Made by a program: the position numbers and the translations under genes. Source: a virus (taxonomy: Duplodnaviria; Caudoviricetes). From it: a stretch of DNA of 59,946 bases. The DNA is taken from the IMG/VR virus record IMGVR_UViG_3300031753_000008, positions 1-59,946 of that record. One strand, written 5' to 3'. Below are positions 46,092-54,875 of this stretch, one piece after another. Numbering within the stretch: the stretch's first letter is position 1; each line of letters starts with the position of its first letter. Under the pieces are notes generated by a model. That model searched no databases and had not been told where the DNA came from. It was given only the letters and a program-made list of their open reading frames with translations.

Positions 46092-47216
46092 ATGGCGGGG
46101 GATCCGATTTGGGTGGGGTTCGGCGCCGCCGCTCTGGCTGCGGCCGGTCTCTATTTCGCCCGAAGAGCGCGCCGCGCCGCGCCGAAGCCCGGGGAGACGC
46201 CCACAATTCCCCGCTCGACCGAGGCGCCGGCGGAAAGCGAGCGTCCACACGCGAGCGTGGGGGAAGAGCCAAGCTGGCTCGTCGCGATGCCTCGCTACGT
46301 GCTCGCTCTCGACGTGGAAACCACCGGGCTCGAGGACTCGGACCGGATTGTCAGCGCCGGGTTTATCTTGCTTAACACTCGATCGCTGGCGACCGAATTC
46401 GTAGACTTAAAAATCAACCACCTGATTTTTGACCCGGGCAGGCGCAGCCATCCGGTTGCGGAGCGTATCCATGGCTACCGCGCCTCGGTCCTGGCTCACC
46501 AAGAGGCCTTTTCGGCCGAGCTGGCTGAGGTTTGCGAGCTGATCGACGCCAGCGACCTCATCGTTGCCCACAACGCCGATTTCGACATCCGCTTTCTCGA
46601 CCGCGAGCTCACGATGGCCGGTCGCCCGCTTATCGCCAAGCCGCGTTTTTGCACGATGACCGAATGGCGCGAGCGGGCGCTCACGGATTCTGCCTCGCTC
46701 CAGGCGGTTGCGCGATATCTCGGTCTCGCGCGGCGCGGCGGCACCCACAACGCGATCGAGGACGCGTGGCTGGCGTTGCGAGTCTACCTGCTGCTACGCG
46801 GGTGTCCGATCGCGGTGGGCTTTGGCCCAATTGCGGCGGCGGCGGGCGATCCGCTAAACTTTCATCCCGTTCCAGATGATGAAGCGCCAATCTCCGGGCA
46901 GCATCTTGCCGACGTGATGGCTGCCGCCAGACGCAGCGGAGACTATGCCGCCGCCGAGCAGTTTCTTTTGGAGCGAATAACCAGAACAGAAGGGGCGGCC
47001 CGTAGCTCGCATGTGGCAGTGCCCTTTCGGGCCTATGGCGTTATGGCGAGTATTCAGCGGCGGCAGAGGCGGTATGCGGCCGAGATCGAGGTGCTGACGC
47101 GATATTGCGACATTCAGGGCGAGCTCGGCTACCCGCCAGCTTTGACGGCAACGCAACGGCTGAGCCGAGCTCGCACGCTCGCCGAGCGCGCCGGGGTGAC
47201 GCCTTTGAGGCTGTAG
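46092..47216 (+). CDS. Membrane-anchored DEDDh 3'-5' exonuclease (DnaQ-like) with helical C-terminal domain
   Basis: N-terminal TM followed by RRARR; LDVETTG, VAHNADFD and HNAIEDA Exo I-III motifs. Confidence 0.85.
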   Translation: MAGDPIWVGFGAAALAAAGLYFARRARRAAPKPGETPTIPRSTEAPAESERPHASVGEEPSWLVAMPRYVLALDVETTGLEDSDRIVSAGFILLNTRSLATEFVDLKINHLIFDPGRRSHPVAERIHGYRASVLAHQEAFSAELAEVCELIDASDLIVAHNADFDIRFLDRELTMAGRPLIAKPRFCTMTEWRERALTDSASLQAVARYLGLARRGGTHNAIEDAWLALRVYLLLRGCPIAVGFGPIAAAAGDPLNFHPVPDDEAPISGQHLADVMAAARRSGDYAAAEQFLLERITRTEGAARSSHVAVPFRAYGVMASIQRRQRRYAAEIEVLTRYCDIQGELGYPPALTATQRLSRARTLAERAGVTPLRL

Positions 47217-47306
47217 GGCGGCGTGACGCTCCACTTGCCTGAAGGCGATAGGCGCTGAACCCAAACGCGTAGCGCGCACCAGCAGGTCGTGCGCCGGCCG
47301 TTGCCT

Positions 47307-47999
47307 TCATACCCATTGCCACTTTCCAAGAACGCGGCCCTCGATGCCGGCTTCGTCGAGAGCGGACTCGTAAACGCTGTAGCGCGGGTTGTCGGCGCTG
47401 ATGCGCACTCGCGGCGGGTTCGAGCCGACGACCAGCTCGACGCGCTTGACGACGTGGCCGACGCCGTCGAACAGCACAAAAATTCCGGGCGGGCTCGGTT
47501 GGCGGTCGCTGACATCGACCATGATGCGTTCATACGGGCGAAACGTGGTCTCCATCGAATCCCCGACCACGGTCATGATGCGGATTTGCCCCTCGGCCGC
47601 GTCGGTTGCCGCGCGCAAGAAGTCCTTTGGCATCTGCCACGCGTTCCCGCCACCGCCGCTTGGTTCTTCTAGGCCGTTTTCCGCGAGCTCGCGCGGCCTT
47701 TGCTCGCGAATTATTGCCATCCCGACCGACGTTAACGAAATCGGAAAATCGCCGCCTAAGGCAAGAACCCGGTCGCGGGGGATTCCCCGCTGCTCGAAGA
47801 TCGGCACCAGCTCCTCTACGAGCTTTAGCGGCAAGCGCTCTTCCTTGAATTCGTCTTCGTAATATTGATAGCTGCTTTTCGGGCGTCCTAATTTGTCCGC
47901 GACTTGCTGTACGCTCAGGCCCGCCTCCCTCGCCAGCGCCTTGAGCGCTGGTCCGGCGCCGCCGCGCCGGGGACGGTTATTTAATTTGCTGTCCGCCAT
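47307..47999 (-). CDS. cI: CI-like repressor (HTH plus S24 peptidase)
   Basis: AGLSVQQVADKLG HTH; VVGDSME and VVKR catalytic Ser/Lys. Confidence 0.92.
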   Translation of the reverse strand: MADSKLNNRPRRGGAGPALKALAREAGLSVQQVADKLGRPKSSYQYYEDEFKEERLPLKLVEELVPIFEQRGIPRDRVLALGGDFPISLTSVGMAIIREQRPRELAENGLEEPSGGGGNAWQMPKDFLRAATDAAEGQIRIMTVVGDSMETTFRPYERIMVDVSDRQPSPPGIFVLFDGVGHVVKRVELVVGSNPPRVRISADNPRYSVYESALDEAGIEGRVLGKWQWV

Positions 48000-48034
48000 C
48001 GCCGAATTTGACCAGCCTCGCCGAGAGCGCGCCG

Positions 48035-48077
48035 TACGAAATTACCGTTTGACGACCGGACGGAAATACCGTATGGC
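48035..48077 (+). promoter_or_regulatory. PR promoter and OR operators
   Basis: TTGACG-17-TATGGC; operators TACGAAATTACCGTT (48035-48049) and GACGGAAATACCGTA (48059-48073). Confidence 0.82.
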
Positions 48078-48086
48078 CCTTCGCCC

Positions 48087-48311
48087 ATGAATGTCGCTCA
48101 AAAAATCGCCGCGCGTTTTGGCGGGCTGAACGCGATGGCGCGCGCCGGCGGCTGGCCGGTCACGACGGTGCAGCATTGGTGCAGCACTGGCTTTATCCCG
48201 GCCCAGCGCCAGTACGAGGTCTTGCAGGCAGGCGCGTCGCTCGACCCGCCGCTGAGCCCGGCTGATCTGATCTCTGGCGAGGTCCGTGTCGCCGAGGATG
48301 CGCCGCGATGA
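48087..48311 (+). CDS. cro: Cro-like regulator
   Basis: FGGLNAMARAGGWPVTTVQHW..TGFIP; divergent from cI. Confidence 0.85.
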   Translation: MNVAQKIAARFGGLNAMARAGGWPVTTVQHWCSTGFIPAQRQYEVLQAGASLDPPLSPADLISGEVRVAEDAPR

Positions 48312-48529
48312 CGGCGAGCCCGCAAGAGAGCGCGCTGCGGCTGGACTGTCTGCGGCTGGCGGTGGAATCGGGGCGCTATTACCTCGCCGATGATCGGGCG
48401 TCCGCATCGGGCGAGATCGTGGCGCGGGCGCAGGCGTTTTACGATTTTGCGGTCAGGGGTGCTGCAACGGCCCCGGTGGCCGGCAAGGCCCCCGAGACAG
48501 CGGCTGCCGGACATTCTCGAAGTGATTGA
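48308..48529 (+). CDS. Hypothetical protein
   Basis: ATGA-coupled; LRLDCLRLA...IVARAQAFYDF. Confidence 0.65.
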   Translation: MTASPQESALRLDCLRLAVESGRYYLADDRASASGEIVARAQAFYDFAVRGAATAPVAGKAPETAAAGHSRSD

Positions 48530-49305
48530 CGATCCCGCCCGACGGCATGGGGCCGCTCGACCGGGCGGCGAGGATCGCGTCGAGGCGCCGTGGCGCCAAA
48601 GTCATGCCGGCCGCTCTCGCAAAGCGGCCGGCAGCACAGCTCGAGCGAGCGTTGGGGGAAGGTGGGCGCGCGGGCACCGTGCTCGAGCGGGCGGCTGGCC
48701 GAAGGGGGAATTTCGGCCGCCGGCAGGCCCGCGCGCCACATCGTCGGTCTTGTTTTGGCTTGGTCAACTCCTTTGCTGCGCTGTGGTTCCACGCCCTGAA
48801 ACTGGCGTGGAAAGATTCCGTGCGCGCAGAATTTTCACCCGCGAGCGCGGAATTTTCGTCCGCGAGCGCGGAATCCCCGCTGCCGCCGTCAGCGGAGCCT
48901 GCCGTGGCGTTTACCGCTGAGGTCTTCACCCCCGAGGCGGTGCGGGCCGAGCTGTCGGCCCGGATCCGTGAACTCGTCGAGGCTTCCCCCGGCCTGACCG
49001 TCAAGGCGCGGCTGCGCGCGGCGGCCCGTGCGCTGGGTCTGCCGCCGGGGCGCGTCACCCGCTTTTTTTATCGCGAGGTGCGCCGGGTTGAAGCCCACGA
49101 AGCCGACTGGATCCGCTATCGCGCCGCCGCGGCCAAGCGCCGGCGGCTCGCGGCACTCGAAAACGAATACGCCGCACTCGTCGCCGAGCTGGTGGCCGAG
49201 GCTCCTCTTGGCCTGGCTCATCTGGTGCCGCCTCGCCTGGGGACGCCGACGGCGGGCGCGGCAGAGGGCGCGCCGCGCGCGCAACAGAAGGAGGGGGAGC
49301 GATGA
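48526..49305 (+). CDS. CII-position HTH protein (start uncertain)
   Basis: AARALGLPPGRVTRFFYREVRRVEAHE. Confidence 0.6.
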   Translation: MTIPPDGMGPLDRAARIASRRRGAKVMPAALAKRPAAQLERALGEGGRAGTVLERAAGRRGNFGRRQARAPHRRSCFGLVNSFAALWFHALKLAWKDSVRAEFSPASAEFSSASAESPLPPSAEPAVAFTAEVFTPEAVRAELSARIRELVEASPGLTVKARLRAAARALGLPPGRVTRFFYREVRRVEAHEADWIRYRAAAAKRRRLAALENEYAALVAELVAEAPLGLAHLVPPRLGTPTAGAAEGAPRAQQKEGER

Positions 49306-49490
49306 CGATAAGCGCCGCTGCGCGCGGCGAATCGGGATTGCTCGAAATTCGGCTGCGCCGCGACCCCGAAGGGCTGGGCGCGGGCGCCGGCCCCGCAGCT
49401 CGTGCCGACGAGGGGGATCGGCGCTGCGGGGCCGCTACCTTTTTGCCCGCTCGGGGGGAAGAGCGGGCGTCGACTGAAAGGAAGTCAGTC

Positions 49491-50066
49491 ATGGCGGAAA
49501 TGGGAGACGGCTCGGCCGCCGTCAACATCGGCAAGCTTTCCGGCCTGGTGCAGCGCATCGAAGCGAAGAAACAGAACGCCGACGACGTGCGCAGCGACTT
49601 GGGCAACCTCTACCAGGAGGCCGAGGATTACGGCTTCAACCGGGCGGCGCTCAAGATGGCGCTCAAGCTCAAGCACATGGAGGACGACAAGCGCAACGAC
49701 TTCCTCGCCTGCCTCGCGACCTATTGCGACGTGCTGGGCGTGTGGGCGCAGGGCGACCTCTTCGGCGATCAGCCGCGCACTCCGCAGCCCCGCGACCCCG
49801 GCCTCGTCGAGCTTACGCCCTATAGCGAGGGGGTGATCGCCGGCCGCGCCGGCGAAGCCGCCTCGCGCAACCCCTACCCGGAGGGTGGGGCGCAGAACGA
49901 GGCGTGGCGCGACGGCTGGACCGCGGCATTCGCGGCGCAGTGCGAGCGCCCGCCCGACGCCGCCGAGCCCGAGCCCGATCCGCCAAAGCGCGGGCGCGGC
50001 CGCCCGCGCAAGGCGGCGAACGGCGCGGCAAACCTGCGCGACGCAAGCCCGGGCGGCTCGGCATGA
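49491..50066 (+). CDS. GapR/DUF2312-like protein fused to an Rmf-like motif and an AT-hook
   Basis: LVQRIE...LYQEAEDYGFN.AALKMALKL; YSEG..AG...NPY...AWRDGW; KRGRGRPRK. Confidence 0.8.
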   Translation: MAEMGDGSAAVNIGKLSGLVQRIEAKKQNADDVRSDLGNLYQEAEDYGFNRAALKMALKLKHMEDDKRNDFLACLATYCDVLGVWAQGDLFGDQPRTPQPRDPGLVELTPYSEGVIAGRAGEAASRNPYPEGGAQNEAWRDGWTAAFAAQCERPPDAAEPEPDPPKRGRGRPRKAANGAANLRDASPGGSA

Positions 50067-50245
50067 GGCCGATGGGCTTCTACCGGCGCGGCAAAGTGCG
50101 GGCGCGGCCGAGCGCGCAGCAATTGGCGGCAGCGGCCGCGCTATTCGGGCCGCGACCGAGCAAGCCGATTTCGGAGCAACCTGCGGCCGATGACCCGGGC
50201 GGGCCGGCAGTGCCCACGCCTCCGGATGGGGAGGAGGCCGCATGA
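50063..50245 (+). CDS. Hypothetical protein
   Basis: ATGA-coupled at both ends. Confidence 0.45.
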   Translation: MRPMGFYRRGKVRARPSAQQLAAAAALFGPRPSKPISEQPAADDPGGPAVPTPPDGEEAA

Positions 50246-50619
50246 GCGACGAAATCCGAGAGAGCGAGACGATCCCGGCACGGGAAGGCGAGGAGGCAGG
50301 CAGGGGCGCGCCTTATTGGGCCGTCATCGAAATCTTCGGCCATCGCCGGCATGTCGGTGTCATCTCCGAGGCTGAGCAATTTGGCGTGAAAATGTTGCGC
50401 ATCGACGTACCCGGCCCGGCTCAGCAAGACCTACTAGCTCCACAGCCGGCGATCAAAGCAACGTACTTTTACGGCGGCGCATCGGTCTTTGGCATCACGC
50501 CGATTACCGAAGAGCGAGGCCGCGCCGAGCTGGCGCGCATGTGCGATGTCGCAGCGCCAGCTCGGCTGGGTGTGCGCCTCGACTTCGACGACGACTTTGA
50601 TCCGGGCGACGATCCGTGA
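50242..50619 (+). CDS. Conserved phage hypothetical protein
   Basis: [14 protein letters not shown]...[13 protein letters not shown]. Confidence 0.75.
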   Translation: MSDEIRESETIPAREGEEAGRGAPYWAVIEIFGHRRHVGVISEAEQFGVKMLRIDVPGPAQQDLLAPQPAIKATYFYGGASVFGITPITEERGRAELARMCDVAAPARLGVRLDFDDDFDPGDDP

Positions 50620-50942
50620 CCGCCGTGCGACGCATGGCCAGACCGCTGGCGCTCGACCTGTTTTGTGGCGGCGGCGGGGCAAGCATGGGCCTTCATCGCG
50701 CCGGCTTCGACGTGACGGGAATCGATATCCGGCCACAGCCTCACTATCCCTTCCGCTTCATCCAAGCTGACGCGTGTGAGCGGGCAGCCCGAGGCCAACG
50801 AATGCGCGAGGTACAGCGGCTTCGCGAGACGAGGTCGGCTGTCGCTGCGTCGAACAGACGAAGAGCGCTGCCAAAGGGGGAAAAACGTAATCGCCTCCGA
50901 GAGAAATGGAGGCGCCAGCGGATAAGCCGAGTCGCGCCATGA
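50616..50942 (+). pseudogene. Truncated C5 cytosine methyltransferase fused to an unrelated tail
   Basis: [39 protein letters not shown], with no PC catalytic motif afterwards. Confidence 0.8.
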
Positions 50943-51334
50943 CCATTCAAGCGGAACGTACCCTTCAGCAAGAGGTTCTATGGCGCCTGAAAGGCTACCC
51001 GATCTTGGCCGTCCCTATCCCTAATGGGATTTGGATACCAGCCCGGTCGGAGGCCGAGAAGGCCGTAGTGGCCAGGCTTATTAACCGATTAAAGGGCGAC
51101 GGTTTCCTTTTGCCAGGCGCCCCCGACATCATCCTCGCTTGGGCAACCGGCTGTGCAGCGGTCGAGCTGAAGCGCCCGGCGTTTCGCGACGTGTTCGGCC
51201 ATCACGCCGCGGGCCAAGCCTCGGAGGACCAGCGCGAGTTCGCCCGCCGCTGCGCGGCACTCGGGGTTCACCACGCGTTTGTCCGCTCCTGGGAGGGGCT
51301 GAAAGAGCGGCTCGGCGAATGGGGGGCGCTATGA
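50939..51334 (+). CDS. VRR-NUC-like nuclease
   Basis: E..LQ, IPNG, PGAPD, VELKRP and SEDQREF. Confidence 0.8.
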   Translation: MTIQAERTLQQEVLWRLKGYPILAVPIPNGIWIPARSEAEKAVVARLINRLKGDGFLLPGAPDIILAWATGCAAVELKRPAFRDVFGHHAAGQASEDQREFARRCAALGVHHAFVRSWEGLKERLGEWGAL

Positions 51335-51555
51335 ATGCCGAGATCGAGCGTTCTGTGCGTGTCGAGGTCAGCGCCATTGGCGACGGCCGGGTCGTTGTCG
51401 CCATCTGTTTTTCCTGCGGCCACCAGGCGCGCATTTGCGACGGCGCCGACGAGTTGCGCGTTCTCGCGCACCTGATCCTGCGGACCTGCGACACCGCCGA
51501 TGCGCTGAAAGCCGCACCCGAAGCGCTTCAGGGCCAGGTCAAGGGCCGGGCATGA
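51331..51555 (+). CDS. Hypothetical protein
   Basis: ATGA-coupled. Confidence 0.55.
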   Translation: MNAEIERSVRVEVSAIGDGRVVVAICFSCGHQARICDGADELRVLAHLILRTCDTADALKAAPEALQGQVKGRA

Positions 51556-51668
51556 ACGGGTTTGTCTGGGGATTTGTCGCCGGGGTCGCCGCGTGGCCGC
51601 TCGTCGTGCTCCTCGCGGCCTGGTTCCTCGCGAGCCGCCTGCCGGTCGACTACGGCGGTTGCGAATGA
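51552..51668 (+). CDS. Small TM protein
   Basis: MNGFVWGFVAGVAAWPLVVLLAAWFL. Confidence 0.5.
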   Translation: MNGFVWGFVAGVAAWPLVVLLAAWFLASRLPVDYGGCE

Positions 51669-51720
51669 GGGGGGAGCGCCTGCGCAGGGCGCTAAGTTTT
51701 TTCGTTGGGGGAAAGCAACG

Positions 51721-52479
51721 ATGTTCTGGGGGAAGCATCACGTCGGCATGATCACCGACGACAAGCTGGTGACGGCGGCTGATATGGCCGGCGCTTCGCC
51801 GCTTCTGGGGCCGGTCGTGTTCGGCGCATTGTTCGAGCGCACGATCGAAAATGGCGATGGAACGTTCCGCGGTTTTCAGCCGCGCGTGCTGGCGTACAAA
51901 TTCCGAGTCAAGGTGGAGGAGGTCGAGCGCCTCATCGCCGCCTTTGTAGAGCTCGGGATCGTCGCCGGCGAGCGCTTGGTCAACTGGGCTAAGCGCCAGG
52001 GCGCCGCCGCCATCGAGGCTGGCCTAGCCGCGGCCAAATCCGTCGACCGCGCGATCACGAAATCGGCCGAGCGGATGCGGCGAAAGCGCGAGCGCGACGC
52101 CGCCGCGCACCGGCAGGGGGAGCTCTTTACGGCCGCCGCCAAAGAGGCGTCACACCGCCCCGTCACAGCGTCACATCCGGGCGTCACATGTGACGCTACC
52201 GCGTCCCTTCCCCCTGCACCCCCTACCAGAGATATATATAAAAATACCCCCCAAAAGCCCCCCCAAGGGGGAGCGCGCAGCGCCCGGATGCAAATCGCCG
52301 AGAGGGAAGGCGAGGGGGTTCAGGGCGAGATCCTGATGCCGCTCGACGGCGGCCGGCGTCGGCCAGTGTTAGACAGGCCGCCGCGGATGACGGAACGCGA
52401 GCGGCGCAGGATCGCCTACCATGCCATGCTCGCGAACTGGGTGGCTCGGGTGGAGGCGGCCGGTGGCCTCGCCGCCTGA
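51721..52479 (+). CDS. Replication initiator (lambda O-position)
   Basis: Winged-helix N-terminus, LVNWAKRQ and SAERMRRKRER; internal iterons. Confidence 0.8.
   Translation: MFWGKHHVGMITDDKLVTAADMAGASPLLGPVVFGALFERTIENGDGTFRGFQPRVLAYKFRVKVEEVERLIAAFVELGIVAGERLVNWAKRQGAAAIEAGLAAAKSVDRAITKSAERMRRKRERDAAAHRQGELFTAAAKEASHRPVTASHPGVTCDATASLPPAPPTRDIYKNTPQKPPQGGARSARMQIAEREGEGVQGEILMPLDGGRRRPVLDRPPRMTERERRRIAYHAMLANWVARVEAAGGLAA
52147..52246. other. Probable replication origin
   Basis: (G/C)CGTCACA at 52147, 52160, 52168 and 52181, an inverted copy at 52189, then AT-rich agatatatataaaaata. Confidence 0.75.
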
Positions 52480-53008
52480 GGTCGCCGTCGCGGTGGCGAT
52501 GCTGGCCGAGATATTCCACGACGGCCCGAGCGAGAGAGGCGTGAACCTCTACGCCCGGGCCCTGGCCGACCTGCCGACGGTTGCGCTGACGGATGCGGTC
52601 GACCGGCTGATCCGCGACCACGAACGCTTTTTCCCGACCCCGGCCGAGATCCGCGCCGCCGCGGGGTTTGCCGGCGACGATGCCGCTTCCGGTGCACTGC
52701 CGCTGTTTCCCCCCGACCCGCGCAGCCTCGACCAGATAGCCGACACCCGTCGGCGGCTGGCGCCGCTGTGGGGCGAGGTGCGGCGCGTGTTCAACGGGGG
52801 CGAGCTGCGCCCGTTCGCCGAGGTTATGGCCGATCTCGATGCCGGCAGGCTCGGCACGGCGTCCTTGCCGGCGCCGGCCGCGCCGCGCCGCCCGGCGCCG
52901 TGCTATGTCGCCGACGGGCCGGACGACGACCGGTTGGCGACCGGTTGGCGACCGCTGGGCGACGCTCTCGGGCCGATGCCGGCTATCGCAGAGGAGGAGA
53001 GGTCATGA
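52463..53008 (+). CDS. Replication accessory protein (helicase loader/inhibitor-like)
   Basis: YARALADLP...AVDRLI...FFPTPAEIR, immediately after the initiator. Confidence 0.7.
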   Translation: MASPPEVAVAVAMLAEIFHDGPSERGVNLYARALADLPTVALTDAVDRLIRDHERFFPTPAEIRAAAGFAGDDAASGALPLFPPDPRSLDQIADTRRRLAPLWGEVRRVFNGGELRPFAEVMADLDAGRLGTASLPAPAAPRRPAPCYVADGPDDDRLATGWRPLGDALGPMPAIAEEERS

Positions 53009-53313
53009 ATTTCGAGGATCTGGTGGACCGAGTGACGCAGCGTCTGGCCTGGCCGACAGCAAAAACGACGGTGCGCGAGGTGTTGCGCGCGGAGTTCGCG
53101 ATTATCGGCGAGGCGTTGGCGACCGAGAGCGAGGTGGTCCTGCCCGAGCTCGGGCGGTTCAAGGTCGAGCATGTCGGCTCGCGCACTGGGCGGCATCCGC
53201 GCACCGGCGAGCCGATCGCGATCCCGGCGCGCCGACGGGTCAAGTTCGCCCCCACACTGCGGGTCAAGCGCAGGCTGCAGCCCTGGTGGCGGAATGGCTC
53301 GCCAGGGAGTTGA
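53005..53313 (+). CDS. HU/IHF-family DNA-binding protein
   Basis: LGRFKV...RTGRHPRTGEPIAIPARRRVKFAP. Confidence 0.9.
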   Translation: MNFEDLVDRVTQRLAWPTAKTTVREVLRAEFAIIGEALATESEVVLPELGRFKVEHVGSRTGRHPRTGEPIAIPARRRVKFAPTLRVKRRLQPWWRNGSPGS

Positions 53314-53566
53314 TTTGAAATTGGCGTGCGTCACGGTGACGGTAATGGGGCCAACGGGGTCCGGTAAGTCCCGAATTCTCGGCGAGATTGAGATCGCGCT
53401 CAAGGCGATCGGCGTCTCGGTTCGGTGGGCTGACGCGGACGACCGGCGTTCAGTCAACAGCGAGCATTGGGCCGAGGCGACAGGCGGTTGGCAGCCGGAT
53501 TTCCCCGTGGTCGTGCTCAAGGAGATTAATGTGCCGATCAGTCCGAAAAAGCCGTGCGCGCGCTAA
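53294..53566 (+). CDS. Small protein with P-loop-like motif
   Basis: VTVMGPTGSGKS. Confidence 0.55.
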   Translation: MARQGVDLKLACVTVTVMGPTGSGKSRILGEIEIALKAIGVSVRWADADDRRSVNSEHWAEATGGWQPDFPVVVLKEINVPISPKKPCAR

Positions 53567-53911
53567 CGGTTTGCGTGTTTGTAATCCCAGTAGCAGCCGC
53601 CTTCGGAGGCGGGTTATGTACGGCGGCGGCGCTCTATTTTATTGCCTTGGAAGCGATCGGTGGTTGGTGTATCTCACACCAACTTACTTGGGCGCTCTGT
53701 TCAGCGTCGGTCGTCGCCGCCTCGTCACTGATGACGGTGGCCGTCAGGTCACAAATAAGGCCATGCCCGCCGCGACCTAGCCCTTCAACCGACCCAGGCC
53801 GAGCAGTCGATCCCTCGTGGCACAAGCTGACGCGGCGTATTAAACATCCTATTTAAGTGTTAAGTGCGGTATCGCCTGTCTTGGGGGAAAGCACTTGTCG
53901 CATGAGGCGGC

Positions 53912-54250
53912 ATGCTCGGCTGGCGGGGGCGGATGCACATGGCTGGACTGCGCCAGCGCACGATCGCGCGGCTCCTCGGCTGGAGCGAGGGCGGTGTATC
54001 GAAAGGGCTGCGCCGCGATCCGGTGCCGGGGCCGATCCGGGCTGTGATCAGCGCGTGGGAAGTGATGCCGCCTCAGCAGCGCGCCGATTGGCTCGCGGCG
54101 CACGGCCTGCGCCACCGATTGCCGCGGCAGCGGCTGGTCTCGCCCGGGTTGCCGGCGAAGAGTGCACCGCGCGCCGCCGGGCAAAAAACAACCAAACTGC
54201 AACCGGGTTGCATTTTACCGCCGCACTCGGATCGGAACTTTCCGGCATGA
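53912..54250 (+). CDS. HTH DNA-binding protein
   Basis: AGLRQRTIARLLGWSEGGVSKGLR; GAGG upstream. Confidence 0.6.
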   Translation: MLGWRGRMHMAGLRQRTIARLLGWSEGGVSKGLRRDPVPGPIRAVISAWEVMPPQQRADWLAAHGLRHRLPRQRLVSPGLPAKSAPRAAGQKTTKLQPGCILPPHSDRNFPA

Positions 54251-54302
54251 TTCCGGCTACCCTGGGATAATTCGACCTTGGGCGCAGCGGGGCGTCACGA
54301 AT

Positions 54303-54839
54303 GTGAGCAAAAAAACTCGCAGCGCCCATGGCGCTCGCCTGGTCTCCCCCCTGCCAGGCGAGCGTTTTACGCACGGCCCGGTCGAGCTCTGCCCAAATCC
54401 GATCGCCGATGACGCGGGGGTGATCTCGCGCCCCTACCGCGCGATCAACATCCTCGCCGCGATGGAGCGCCGCGGTGCGATCACCGCCCGGATGCGCACC
54501 GCCGGCGACGACTTCAACGAGCTTTTTCGGCGAGCCGCGCTCGACCCGCTGCGCGCCGCTCCGCTTGTGCGCCAGAGTCGCGGCCGGAACGAGCCGAGCC
54601 TGGCGCTCGAAGTGGCGCGCGAGCGGGTGTGGCGCGCCATCACCGCGGTCGGAGGGGTCGGCTCGCCCGGCGGGTCCTGCCTGTGGCATGTCGTCGGCTG
54701 GGAAACCTCGCTGAAGGAATGGGCGCTGGGCCAGGGCTGGAACGGCCGCCGCGTCAGCCAGGAAGCGGCCTCGGGCATCCTGATCGCCGCGCTGGGCGCG
54801 CTGCATCAGCATTTTCAGGGCGTCGCCCGCGCCGCCTGA
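54303..54839 (+). CDS. Late transcription regulator (DUF6456-like, Q position)
   Basis: MERRGAIT..MRTAG..F, LWHVVG and ILIAALGAL..HF. Confidence 0.7.
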   Translation: MSKKTRSAHGARLVSPLPGERFTHGPVELCPNPIADDAGVISRPYRAINILAAMERRGAITARMRTAGDDFNELFRRAALDPLRAAPLVRQSRGRNEPSLALEVARERVWRAITAVGGVGSPGGSCLWHVVGWETSLKEWALGQGWNGRRVSQEAASGILIAALGALHQHFQGVARAA

Positions 54840-54875
54840 AACCCTCACACCACCGACAAACCGACGTTTTAGTCT

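Noticed and set aside
46092-47216. Ordinary DNA polymerase III epsilon subunit
   Set aside because: The N-terminal TM anchor, unrelated C-terminus and location outside the replication module argue against a proofreading role.
53728-53734. Hammerhead ribozyme core CTGATGA
   Set aside because: No GAAA after the stem and no stem I/III geometry found.
53840-53864. CtrA box (TTAA-N7-TTAA)
   Set aside because: The TTAA half-sites are spaced by 9 and 3 bp, not 7.
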